A DNA stretch of 64,000 bases from Eubacteriales bacterium (GCA_045633625.1 JAZQYP010000065.1:135665-199664), one strand, 5' to 3'; numbered from the stretch's first letter, positions 8,203-17,145 are shown. Notes: generated by a model not told the origin, from the letters alone. A program made the numbers and translations.

Positions 8203-9690
8203 ATGAAAATTACAGTAAGAATTTTATCGCTTATGCTTGCTCTTGTCATGCTTGCTTCTTGCTTTATAGCTTGTAATGACGATAACAAGCCCGACGATAA
8301 GGACTCCGATACCGTTGTAGATACAACGGGTGGGGAGACTTTGGATGACGGATCTCTCGAGGTTATCAATTGGAGCGGAGAGACCTATACCATTCTCGGC
8401 CGAGACGGAAACGGCCGTACACAGTTTGACAGCTTTGAGGTAGGCTACGACGAGCTTCCCGTAGACGTAGTAGGACAGGCGGTTTATAAGAGAAACGAGA
8501 CAATAAAGAATAAGTATAACTTCAGTGTTGTTGGAGTATTTTCGACTGAGGTTAGTGATACGGCTCAGGTCGCATATGAGTCGGGAGACGACCTTTACGA
8601 TCTTGTAATATACCGTAATTCTGCGGCTCAGGCGCACGCACAAAACGGATATCTTCTTAATATTGCAGATCTTAAGTATATCAATCTTGAGCACGACAGC
8701 TGGTATCAGGAAGTAAACAATGAGCTTACTATCGGAGATAAGCTTTACTATACTACAAACGACTTTTTGCTTCAGGATAAGCATAGATTCTGGTATTGCT
8801 TCTATAACAGAGGACTTGCCGCTGACCTTAACCTCGGATATTTTGAGGATATGGTTGATAACAACACGTGGACTATCGAGAACGTTACAAAGCTCGTAAA
8901 GCAGGGATATGCAGACGTCGATGCGACTGTAGGCAGATCTGCTGGCGACAGATACGGATTTGCGTTCCAGGAGTATTATACTTTCCCCGTAATCGCGTTT
9001 AGTGCCGGCTTCCGAATCACCGAAAAGGATAACAATAATTACCCGAAGCTTATCGGCGCTAACGATCAGTCGATCAATAAGCTTGACACAGTTTTTGAAT
9101 TCCTCTATAATACCGGTTCGTGGTGTCAGCAAAGAGAGGATCCTGCTTTTAATAACAAGGATGGTGAGCCCGAGCTTATGTTTAAGCGCGGACAGGTCGT
9201 TCTTCTTCAGGCGTTTACGTCCTTTATAGACTACTTCCTTTCGGATGATATGGTTTTCGAGTACGGCGCACTTCCTAACCCCAAGTACGATGAGGAGCAG
9301 GAAAATTATTATGTCTTCCCGAACATCGGAAACGGAAGCCTTATCGCAGTTCCTTACACAGTTATGGACGAGGAGTTCGCAGGCTATGCTCTTGAGGCAA
9401 TTACCGAGGAATCCACCGATACGTCATATACCGCATATATAGATACGAAATGTAAGTATCAGGATGCATACGACGAGGACTGTGCAAGAATGCTTGACCT
9501 TTGCTTCAGCAGCTGTACGTACGATATAGGAACCTTCTGTAACTTTGGTCAGCTTTTTGGAGGCCTTTACAGCGGACAGGGAAGCCTTGCATATCTTGGC
9601 AACGCAAATCTTTATAAGAGATATTTTGACACTTATAAGAAGGCGGCGCAGGCAGATATTGACGAGGTTATTGCAGCTTACGCAGATTAA
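8203..9690 (+). CDS. SBP-like lipoprotein, paralogue 3
   Basis: 495 aa starting at MKITVRILS (GGAGG RBS). TTGAAA-17-TATAAT lies upstream at ~8143-8171. Confidence 0.7.
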   Translation: MKITVRILSLMLALVMLASCFIACNDDNKPDDKDSDTVVDTTGGETLDDGSLEVINWSGETYTILGRDGNGRTQFDSFEVGYDELPVDVVGQAVYKRNETIKNKYNFSVVGVFSTEVSDTAQVAYESGDDLYDLVIYRNSAAQAHAQNGYLLNIADLKYINLEHDSWYQEVNNELTIGDKLYYTTNDFLLQDKHRFWYCFYNRGLAADLNLGYFEDMVDNNTWTIENVTKLVKQGYADVDATVGRSAGDRYGFAFQEYYTFPVIAFSAGFRITEKDNNNYPKLIGANDQSINKLDTVFEFLYNTGSWCQQREDPAFNNKDGEPELMFKRGQVVLLQAFTSFIDYFLSDDMVFEYGALPNPKYDEEQENYYVFPNIGNGSLIAVPYTVMDEEFAGYALEAITEESTDTSYTAYIDTKCKYQDAYDEDCARMLDLCFSSCTYDIGTFCNFGQLFGGLYSGQGSLAYLGNANLYKRYFDTYKKAAQADIDEVIAAYAD

Positions 9691-9704
9691 TTATATTGAC
9701 GTCA

Positions 9705-9731
9705 GGGCGCTCCCTATGGAGCGCCCTTTTT
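9705..9731 (+). terminator. rho-independent terminator
   Basis: gggcgctccc-tat-ggagcgccc followed by ttttt. Confidence 0.85.
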
Positions 9732-9895
9732 GATCGCTTTTAGCGAGCTATCAGGTGTTGTTTTATTTTGCAATAAGTTGAGTTGTTTTTTTGTGGTATT
9801 TGAACAAACAACTTTGTATATTTTGCGTATTGAAAAGAAAAAATGGCTGCTGTATAATTATAATATATTTATTATAATTTTTGGTGGAGGAAGAT

Positions 9896-11392
9896 ATGAA
9901 GACAACACTAAAAGCTTTGTCGCTCCTGCTCGCCCTCGTTATGCTCGCTTGCAGCTTTGTAGCTTGCGGCGATACGAGGACACCTGACGACAAGGACTCT
10001 GATACCGTTGCAGGCACCACGGAGGACAACGTGAATGATGGTTCTCTTAAGGTCATAGATTGGGGCGGAGAGACCTATTCTATTCTTGGACGTGACGGAA
10101 ACGGCCGCTCACAATTTGATAACTTTGAGGTAGGCTACGACGAGCTTCCCGTTGATGTGGTGGGTATCGCAGTTTACAAGAGAAATGAAAACCTCAAGAA
10201 CAAATATAATTTCAAGGTAGAGCCTATCTTTTCAGTTGACGTTGCGGCTACCGCACAGGTGGCATATGAGTCGGGAGACGACCTTTACGATCTGGCTATC
10301 TACCGCCATAAGGACGTTCAGGCGCACGCACAGAGCGGATATCTTCTTAATATTGCTGATCTTGATCATATAAATCTTGATTATGAGTGTTGGTATCAGG
10401 ACGTAAACAAGGAGCTTACCATTGGCGATAAGCTTTATTATACGACTAACAACTTCTTGCTTCAGGATAAGCATAGATTCTGGTACTGCTTCTACAACAG
10501 AGAGATTGCGCGCGACCTTAACCTTGGATATTTCGAGGATATGGTCGATAACAACACGTGGACACTTGAAAACGTAACAAGGCTTACAAAGCAGGGATAT
10601 TCCGATAAGGACGGTGAGGCAGGCAGATCTCCGGAGGATCACTATGGCTACGGTGCACAGGAATATTACGCAATAGCGGCCCTTGCTTTCGGTGCAGGCT
10701 TCCGTCTTACCGAAAAGGACAATTATAATATTCCTAAGCTTGTTGGAGCAACCGATCACGCTATAAATATTCTTGACAAGGTATTTGGTCTTATGTACCA
10801 CAATGCGTCGTGGATCACCCCGAGAGAGGATCCCGGTGTTGCTAACAAGGCTTCAGAGGCTGAGCTTATGTTTAACGAGGGAAGACTTTTGTTGCTTTCT
10901 ACCTTCACGTCCTCTATCGACTATTTCCTTTCGGACGATGAGTTCTTTGAATACGGAGTGCTTCCCAACCCCAAGATTGATTCCGAGCAGGAGAACTACT
11001 ATAGCTTCACACACGTTACAACAGGTAGCTTCCTTGCAGTTCCTTACACAGTTATGGACGAGGAGTTTGCAGGCTATGCTCTTGAGGCGATCTCGGAGGA
11101 GTCTACCGATACCTCCTACACAGCCTACATAGACACCAAGTGTAAGTATCAGGATGCTTATGATGAGGACTGTGCAAGAATGTTTGACCTTTGCTTTAGA
11201 AACTGTACGTACGATATTGGTGCATTCTGCGACTTTGGTGGAATTTTCTCGGCTCTTTGGAGAGGAGAGGATGGCGGTGGCGGTCTTGCAGCGCTTGGAA
11301 AGGGAAGCATTTATAAGAGATTTTACGATACTTATAAGAAGGGTGCACAGTCTGATATCGACGAGATAGTTGAAAAATATTCTAAAGAGTAA
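9896..11392 (+). CDS. SBP-like lipoprotein, paralogue 4 (most divergent)
   Basis: 498 aa starting at MKTTLKALS (GGTGGAGG RBS). Lipobox is LACSFVAC. TTGAAA-17-TATAAT lies upstream. Confidence 0.7.
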   Translation: MKTTLKALSLLLALVMLACSFVACGDTRTPDDKDSDTVAGTTEDNVNDGSLKVIDWGGETYSILGRDGNGRSQFDNFEVGYDELPVDVVGIAVYKRNENLKNKYNFKVEPIFSVDVAATAQVAYESGDDLYDLAIYRHKDVQAHAQSGYLLNIADLDHINLDYECWYQDVNKELTIGDKLYYTTNNFLLQDKHRFWYCFYNREIARDLNLGYFEDMVDNNTWTLENVTRLTKQGYSDKDGEAGRSPEDHYGYGAQEYYAIAALAFGAGFRLTEKDNYNIPKLVGATDHAINILDKVFGLMYHNASWITPREDPGVANKASEAELMFNEGRLLLLSTFTSSIDYFLSDDEFFEYGVLPNPKIDSEQENYYSFTHVTTGSFLAVPYTVMDEEFAGYALEAISEESTDTSYTAYIDTKCKYQDAYDEDCARMFDLCFRNCTYDIGAFCDFGGIFSALWRGEDGGGGLAALGKGSIYKRFYDTYKKGAQSDIDEIVEKYSKE

Positions 11393-11401
11393 AATGCTTT
11401 C

Positions 11402-11433
11402 GGAGCGTTCCTTTTGGGAACGCTCCTTTTTTT
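11402..11433 (+). terminator. rho-independent terminator
   Basis: ggagcgttcc-tttt-gggaacgctcc followed by ttttttt. Confidence 0.9.
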
Positions 11434-11443
11434 GAGCTTTTTA

Positions 11444-11472
11444 TTGACTTTTTTTCAAAAAAAGTTTATACT
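11444..11472 (+). promoter_or_regulatory. sigma-A type promoter
   Basis: TTGACT, 17-nt spacer (itself the palindrome tttttttcaaaaaaa), TATACT. Confidence 0.55.
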
Positions 11473-11502
11473 GTAAGTAACTTTTAGCAAAAGGAGAAGT
11501 GT

Positions 11503-12312
11503 TTGGAAATGGAATTCAGTGTAAACCATCCCATACTGTTTGTTCTCGTCGGCGTTATAATCGCTGCCGTACTCGCGCAGTCGGTCTATTTTCTTTTGAA
11601 ATCGATGCGCCGCGCGAAAAAGATAGGTATGGACAAAAAAATGATCAAAAAGACGATAATTTCGGCGTCAATTTTCACTATAGCACCCGCAGTGTCTATA
11701 GTTATCGCGGTAATATCGCTCTCGCAGTCACTCGGACTTGCGCTTCCGTGGCTCAGACTCTCTGTCGTCGGCTCGCTGTCCTATGAGGCAATAGCTGCGG
11801 CCAATGCGGCATCGGGAATGGGCAAAACACTCGGTGATCTTGTCAGAAATATGACGGCATCCGAGTACGTAACCATCGCTATCGTTATGACGGTGTCGAT
11901 TATGGTCGGTATATGGCTCGTGCCCGTGCTCGGCAAGAAGATACAGTCGGGACTTGTCAGCTTCGAGAAGAAGGACAAGCACTGGAGCGATCTTTTGCAG
12001 AACGCCCTCTTTATAGGTATGATCTCGGCGTTCGTTGGCTACGTTTTCTGCGATATAGGCAGACTCTGGCAGTCGGAGAATGGCGTTTTTACGACGGTCA
12101 AGGACGACGTTGTAACAAAGTATGACTCGACCTCGGGTCTTGTTCCCGTATTCGTAATGGTATCCGCTATGCTTATGATGGCAGTGTGCGGACTCTTGAT
12201 GAAGAAGCTCAAGTGGAAGTGGCTTAACGATTACGCGCTTCCTATAAGCATGGTATTCGGTATGGCAATGGCTATCCCGCTTACAAATCTTTTCGGAGGT
12301 GTCATAGCATGA
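11503..12312 (+). CDS. polytopic membrane protein, unknown function
   Basis: 269 aa with multiple TM helices. AAGGAG RBS lies 6 nt before a TTG start (alternative ATG at 11509). The stop overlaps the next start (ATGA). Confidence 0.6.
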   Translation: MEMEFSVNHPILFVLVGVIIAAVLAQSVYFLLKSMRRAKKIGMDKKMIKKTIISASIFTIAPAVSIVIAVISLSQSLGLALPWLRLSVVGSLSYEAIAAANAASGMGKTLGDLVRNMTASEYVTIAIVMTVSIMVGIWLVPVLGKKIQSGLVSFEKKDKHWSDLLQNALFIGMISAFVGYVFCDIGRLWQSENGVFTTVKDDVVTKYDSTSGLVPVFVMVSAMLMMAVCGLLMKKLKWKWLNDYALPISMVFGMAMAIPLTNLFGGVIA

Positions 12313-12986
12313 AAAACTCGGTAAAGAAAGAATATACATATATGGATAGCGTGCACCGCGACGGAAGAATATGGAATCTTTCCGTAATGGTGCTTCTTAT
12401 GGCATTCCCGATAGTTGTTGGCGTGATATTTTCGGCAATACCCGATTGGGCGGCAGTTGGCAAGGGACTTATTGCAACAGCTCCTATGTATTGGGCGGTG
12501 GGAATCATTGAGACTATAACCTACATCCCTATGCTCGGTGCGGGTGGCTCGTATCTTTCCTTCGTTACGGGAAACATCTCAAACCTCAAGCTTCCTTGCG
12601 CTCTTAACGCGCTTGATAACGCAAAGGTACGCGCGCAGAGCGAGGAAGGAGAGATAATCTCTACCATCGCTATTGCGGCATCCTCGATAGTTACGACAGT
12701 TATAGTAATTCTCGGCGTGCTTCTCATAGTACCTCTTACACCCATTCTCTCGGCAGACGCGCTCAAGCCCGCGTTCGACCAGATGCTTCCCGCACTTTTC
12801 GGTGCACTTGGCGTTGTGTTTGTTTCAAAGAACGTAAAGCTTGCGCTCGGTCCTGTGCTCCTTATGCTCATACTCTTCATTTTTGTTCCCGCGCTCAATG
12901 CCGGAACAGTTGGTATAATGGTGCCTGTCGGAGTGGTATTTACCATATGCTACGCAAGAATTCTTTATAAGAGAGGACTCCTCTGA
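12309..12986 (+). CDS. polytopic membrane protein, unknown function
   Basis: 225 aa and hydrophobic. It is translationally coupled on both sides (ATGA upstream, TGAtATG downstream). Confidence 0.6.
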   Translation: MKNSVKKEYTYMDSVHRDGRIWNLSVMVLLMAFPIVVGVIFSAIPDWAAVGKGLIATAPMYWAVGIIETITYIPMLGAGGSYLSFVTGNISNLKLPCALNALDNAKVRAQSEEGEIISTIAIAASSIVTTVIVILGVLLIVPLTPILSADALKPAFDQMLPALFGALGVVFVSKNVKLALGPVLLMLILFIFVPALNAGTVGIMVPVGVVFTICYARILYKRGLL

Positions 12987-12987
12987 T

Positions 12988-14424
12988 ATGCTGGCTCTTT
13001 ATATAATTTTAGGACTTATAGCACTCTTTTTGTGCGTTATAATCGTAAGAACGCTTGGCTTTAAGCCTCAAAAGGAGGAAGCAAGAGAGGTTGAGAATAT
13101 AGAGGTCGACTCGAATGCGGCGATCTCGGCTCTCGCGGAGCTCGTCAAATGTAAGACCATATCGCGCTATACCCACGAGGAAGAGGATGACGCGGAGTTC
13201 AGAAAGCTTCTCGACCTTCTCCCCACACTTTATCCTAACGTATTTGCGACCTGCGCATATCAGGAAATGGCTGACCGTGGAATACTCTTTCACTGGAAGG
13301 GAAAGACCGAGGGCGAGCCTGCAGTTATGATGGCGCACTATGACGTCGTTCCCGTAAACGAGGACAAATGGGACAAGCCCGCCTTTGAGGCTATAATCGA
13401 GGACGGAGTTATGTGGGGCCGCGGTACGCTTGATACCAAGGTTACTATGAACGGCGTGCTTTCTGCGGCAGAAACGCTGATCAAGAGTGGCTTTGTGCCC
13501 GAAAACGATATTTACTTTGCCTTCTCGGGTGGCGAGGAGGTAAGCGGTGACGGCGCGCGCCACATCGTAAATTATTTCAAGGAAAAGGGAATAACACTTG
13601 GCGTTGTGGTTGACGAGGGCGGCGGAGTTGTCGAGAACGTCTTCCCGGGAGTGAAGAAGCCCTGTGCTCTCATCGGTATTGCCGAGAAGGGTCTTATCGA
13701 CCTGCGTTATACCGTTGACTCAAACGGCGGTCACGCATCGGCGCCCAAGCCTCATACACCCGTCGGTGTGCTCTCTATGGCGTGCTGTCGCGTCGAGGCA
13801 AAGCCCTTCAAATCGCACATCACAAAGCCCGTTGCTGAGATGTTTGATACGCTCGGCAGACACTCTACATTCGTGTATAGAATGATATTTGCGAATATGT
13901 GGTGCTTCGGCGGAGTGCTTGATATGATAGCCAAGAAGAGCGGTGGAGAGATGAACGCTCTTATGCGTACCACCGTTGCCTTCACACAGATGCAGGGAAG
14001 CTCTGCGGCAAACGTAATTCCGCCCTCTGCAAGTATGGTCTCCAATATGCGACTCAACCCCGCAGACAGCGTGGCGAGCGCGAAGGAATATATCAAAAAG
14101 ACGGTGGGAGACGATAACGTAAAGCTTGAGATAATTCAGGCGAACGAGCCGAGCCGAATCTCAAACACCGATTGCGAGGGCTGGCACAAGGTCTGCCGCG
14201 CAGTTGCTGATACTTGGCAGGGCTCACTTGTTTCGCCCTATCTCATGGTGCAGTGCTCGGATAGCCGTCATTACGGCGAGATAAGCGACCGCGTTTACCG
14301 TTTCTCGGCAATGGATCTCACAAGTGCCGAGAGAGCAACGATCCACGGCAACAACGAGCGCATAAGACTTGAATCTATCACCCGCGCAGTAGAATTTTAT
14401 ATAAGACTTATGAAGCAGTGCTAA
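12988..14424 (+). CDS. membrane-anchored M20/M25/M40 family metallopeptidase (carboxypeptidase-like)
   Basis: N-terminal TM helix, then the M20 motifs AHYDVVP, GRGTLDTK, SGGEEVSG, VVDEGGG, GGHAS. Confidence 0.8.
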   Translation: MLALYIILGLIALFLCVIIVRTLGFKPQKEEAREVENIEVDSNAAISALAELVKCKTISRYTHEEEDDAEFRKLLDLLPTLYPNVFATCAYQEMADRGILFHWKGKTEGEPAVMMAHYDVVPVNEDKWDKPAFEAIIEDGVMWGRGTLDTKVTMNGVLSAAETLIKSGFVPENDIYFAFSGGEEVSGDGARHIVNYFKEKGITLGVVVDEGGGVVENVFPGVKKPCALIGIAEKGLIDLRYTVDSNGGHASAPKPHTPVGVLSMACCRVEAKPFKSHITKPVAEMFDTLGRHSTFVYRMIFANMWCFGGVLDMIAKKSGGEMNALMRTTVAFTQMQGSSAANVIPPSASMVSNMRLNPADSVASAKEYIKKTVGDDNVKLEIIQANEPSRISNTDCEGWHKVCRAVADTWQGSLVSPYLMVQCSDSRHYGEISDRVYRFSAMDLTSAERATIHGNNERIRLESITRAVEFYIRLMKQC

Positions 14425-14427
14425 ACT

Positions 14428-14457
14428 AAAAGAGACCGACTTGTCGGTCTCTTTTTT
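14428..14457 (+). terminator. rho-independent terminator
   Basis: agagaccga-cttg-tcggtctct followed by tttttt. Confidence 0.85.
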
Positions 14458-14471
14458 ATATTTCTTGAAAT

Positions 14472-14525
14472 AATTGTTGACAGCTCAACAATTATAGTGT
14501 ATAATACTTGTTGAGCACTCAACAA
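14472..14525 (+). promoter_or_regulatory. degV promoter bracketed by two copies of an 18-bp palindromic operator
   Basis: TTGACA (14477-82), 17-nt spacer, TATAAT (14500-05). AATTGTTGA-cagc-TCAACAATT (14472-93) overlaps the -35 element. TTGTTGA-gcac-TCAACAA (14508-25) lies just downstream of the -10 element. Confidence 0.6.
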
Positions 14526-14555
14526 TGAGTGATGAAAACAAAACGAGGTATAGAA

Positions 14556-15392
14556 ATGATAAGAGAGAATTTCAAGATAGTGACCGACTCGGCGTCGGAT
14601 ATAACGGCGATCTCGGGCGTGAATTTTGCGTCCGCCCCTCTTCGAATAATTACTGACGAGAAGGAGTACGTTGACAACGATGACCTTGACGTTGCGGAAA
14701 TGATAAAGGAGCTCAAATCCTACAAGGGAAGGTCGAGCTCGGCGTGCCCCTCGCCCGCCGACTTTCTCGACGCCTTTGGCGACGCGCAGTACGTCTTTTG
14801 CATAACGCTCACAAGCAAGCTTTCGGGCAGCTTCAGCGCGGCGAGGATCGCCAAGGAGGACTACGAGGAGGAGCACCCCGACAGACGTGTTTACGTCATT
14901 GACAGCCTCTCGGCAGGTCCTGAGATACGTCTTGTTGTGGAGAAGCTTGGCGAGCTTATTGCCGACGGACACGATTTTGATTCGATTTGCGAGCTCATAG
15001 ACGATTATATGGAGCGCACGGGACTTTTCTTTATTCTTGAGTCGCTGACCAATTTTGCGAACAACGGACGCGTCAGCCCTTCGGTCGCGAAAATGGCAGA
15101 GTCACTCGGCATCAGAATGGTTGGAAAGGCTTATGAGGGTGAACTCAAGCTTCTTATGAAGTGCTTTGGCAAAAAGAAGTCTCTCAGTGTTCTCCTTGAC
15201 AAGCTTTACGCCGCAGGCTACAAGGGAGGGAAGCTCCGCATCGCTTACTGCGAGAACGAGCCCGACGCGCGTGCTCTTGCTATCGAGGTGAGAAAGAAAT
15301 TTGACGAGTCAAATATAAAGATATATCACACCAGAGGTCTTTGCAGCTTCTATGCCGAGCGCGGTGGACTTCTCGTCGCTTTTGAAAAATAA
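14556..15392 (+). CDS. DegV family fatty-acid-binding protein
   Basis: MIRENFKIVTDSASDI is a typical DegV N-terminus, and ITLTSKLSGSFSAA is also present. GAGG RBS lies 7 nt upstream. The ORF-track GTG at 14529 is less likely. Confidence 0.8.
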   Translation: MIRENFKIVTDSASDITAISGVNFASAPLRIITDEKEYVDNDDLDVAEMIKELKSYKGRSSSACPSPADFLDAFGDAQYVFCITLTSKLSGSFSAARIAKEDYEEEHPDRRVYVIDSLSAGPEIRLVVEKLGELIADGHDFDSICELIDDYMERTGLFFILESLTNFANNGRVSPSVAKMAESLGIRMVGKAYEGELKLLMKCFGKKKSLSVLLDKLYAAGYKGGKLRIAYCENEPDARALAIEVRKKFDESNIKIYHTRGLCSFYAERGGLLVAFEK

Positions 15393-15413
15393 CAGTCATA
15401 AGACAAATTCCCC

Positions 15414-15442
15414 TTGACTTTGCTATGACTATGATGTATAAT
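15414..15442 (+). promoter_or_regulatory. sigma-A type promoter
   Basis: TTGACT, 17-nt spacer, TATAAT. Confidence 0.55.
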
Positions 15443-15474
15443 TATATGGAAATATAAGTTGGGAGGAATATGCT

Positions 15475-15762
15475 GTGGAAAATAGAGAAAAGGTAAGCGG
15501 CAAATACCTTATGTATAAGGACAGACCCCTCGTGCGTGAGGGCAACACGATCTGCTACGGCGATATGAGTGAAAAATGCGTTCTTATACTTGAGATAATG
15601 TCGTATAAGGAAGAGAACGGCGAGCAGGTTCCGGGCAAGATCATAGTGCAGGTTCTTGACTCAAAGGATCAGACAAAGATAATAAAGCAGGGCATCAAGG
15701 AAGGACTCTACGACGCTTTCAGTATGGGTGTCGTTTGGCTTGAGCACGCGCTTATGCAGTAA
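15475..15762 (+). CDS. hypothetical small protein (95 aa)
   Basis: GTG start 8 nt after GGGAGG. It has its own promoter and terminator. No family was recognised. Confidence 0.5.
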   Translation: MENREKVSGKYLMYKDRPLVREGNTICYGDMSEKCVLILEIMSYKEENGEQVPGKIIVQVLDSKDQTKIIKQGIKEGLYDAFSMGVVWLEHALMQ

Positions 15763-15764
15763 AT

Positions 15765-15797
15765 AAAAAACATCGGCTTTTTGCCGATGTTTTTTTA
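15765..15797. terminator. bidirectional terminator
   Basis: aaaaaa-catcggc-ttttt-gccgatg-ttttttt, between convergent genes. Confidence 0.8.
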
Positions 15798-16718
15798 TTT
15801 GTATTGGTCTGAGAGCACTTTTGCCGTCTCAATGTCCTCGTGCACCTGCACCGAGAGGGCATCGACCGACGAGAATTTGCGCTCAGGACGGATGAAGTGG
15901 AGAAATTCCACTCTTACACGCTTGCCGTAAAGATCGCCCGAAAAATCGAAGATGTTGGTCTCTGCCACAACACCCTTGCCGTCAACAGTCGGGCGTGTGC
16001 CAACGTTAGTGATGCCGAAAAATACGCCGTTATCAAGGTATATTTTCGTAAGGTAGACTCCTGCAGCGAGGGGGGACTCACCCTCGTCAAACTTTTGGTT
16101 TATGGTAGGGAAGCCGAGGTTGCGTCCGAGGTGCTGACCGTCGACTACTGTGTTTATTATCGAGTAATTATGCCCGAGAAGCTCACGCGCACTCTCCATC
16201 TCGCCCGAGAGCAAAAGACTTCTTATCGTCGAGGAGCTGACAGGAACGCCATTTACGGCAACCGAGGGAATTGCGGTAAATCCTACCGAGTTTTCCTTGC
16301 AAAGTCTTGCTAAGAGAGCTGTGTTTCCGCGCCCGCCCTTGCCAAAATTAAAATTGTAGCCGCAAACGATATGCGCGGCACGAAGACGGCGGAGCATATA
16401 TTCAAAGAAGAATTCCTCGGCATCAACCGAGGCGATCCTATCGTCAAATTTCACCGAAAGGAGAAGGTCAGCGCCAAGCTCCTCGATAAGCCTTTCTTTT
16501 TCGTCCTTGCACGAAAGGATAGGAGCTGACGTGGGTGCGTAAAATTTTTTCGGAGGCTCGGTAAAGCTCCAGACGAGCACGGGAAGGGAATGCTCTTTTG
16601 CTATTCTCACAGCCTCGCCGATAACAGCCGCATGCGCTTTGTGAACGCCGTCAAAGCAACCGAGAGCAATCACCGTTTTGGTGTCTCTTACGTAGCTTAC
16701 GTCATAATATTTTTCCAC
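15795..16718 (-). CDS. ribF: bifunctional riboflavin kinase / FMN adenylyltransferase
   Basis: GCFDGVHKAH, and a C-terminal riboflavin-kinase region (GFPTIN, GITNVGTRPT). A GTG start at 16718 lies 7 nt after AAAGGAGG. The ATG at 16736 would place that SD inside the ORF. Confidence 0.9.
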   Translation of the reverse strand: MEKYYDVSYVRDTKTVIALGCFDGVHKAHAAVIGEAVRIAKEHSLPVLVWSFTEPPKKFYAPTSAPILSCKDEKERLIEELGADLLLSVKFDDRIASVDAEEFFFEYMLRRLRAAHIVCGYNFNFGKGGRGNTALLARLCKENSVGFTAIPSVAVNGVPVSSSTIRSLLLSGEMESARELLGHNYSIINTVVDGQHLGRNLGFPTINQKFDEGESPLAAGVYLTKIYLDNGVFFGITNVGTRPTVDGKGVVAETNIFDFSGDLYGKRVRVEFLHFIRPERKFSSVDALSVQVHEDIETAKVLSDQYK

Positions 16719-16879
16719 TTCGCTACCTCCTTTCATTTTCGCTAAAAGAATTATACCACACTACCGCGATTTTGTCACCATTTTTTTCTTAAAAATGTCA
16801 AATATGATAAGTTTTTTAGAGTATATAACTAATATTATTATATATTTTAAAAGAATTATAAAATATTGACCGAATTCTA

Positions 16880-16908
16880 TTGCAAAAATTATGAAAAAGT
16901 AGTATAAT
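16880..16908 (+). promoter_or_regulatory. distal sigma-A type promoter upstream of argG
   Basis: TTGCAA, 17-nt spacer, TATAAT. Confidence 0.45.
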
Positions 16909-16943
16909 AAATTGATTATAGATAATGGCAAAGTTTGCATAGT

Positions 16944-16979
16944 TGAATGAATAATTGGTTATAATTATTCATTTATTCA
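16944..16979. promoter_or_regulatory. ARG-box-like 36-bp imperfect palindrome (candidate ArgR/AhrC operator)
   Basis: TGAATGAATAATT-ggttat-AATTATTCATTTATTCA. Core arms TGAATAATT/AATTATTCA (16948-56 and 16963-71) are perfect. It resembles the TGAAT-W4-ATTCA ARG box. Confidence 0.4.
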
Positions 16980-17075
16980 TCGCGACCTGGAGTGCTTGGC
17001 CAAAATATGATACAAATATATGCAAAATGCATAGTTTAAGCCTAAAAAATATGTAAAAAAACGGTGCATTGGGTA

Positions 17076-17130
17076 TTGACAAATATACACAATAGATGTA
17101 TAATATTCACATATTAACGAATATATATTC
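17076..17130 (+). promoter_or_regulatory. proximal argG promoter plus downstream palindrome
   Basis: TTGACA (17076-81), 17-nt spacer, TATAAT (17099-104). The perfect palindrome GAATATATATTC lies at 17119-17130. Confidence 0.55.
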
Positions 17131-17145
17131 ACGAGAGGTGCAATT

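Noticed and set aside
5161-10801. Antisense ORFs of 327, 383, 302 and 189 aa opposite the four lipoprotein genes
   Set aside because: They are shadow frames of clearly coding sense genes. They recur only because the sense genes are paralogous.
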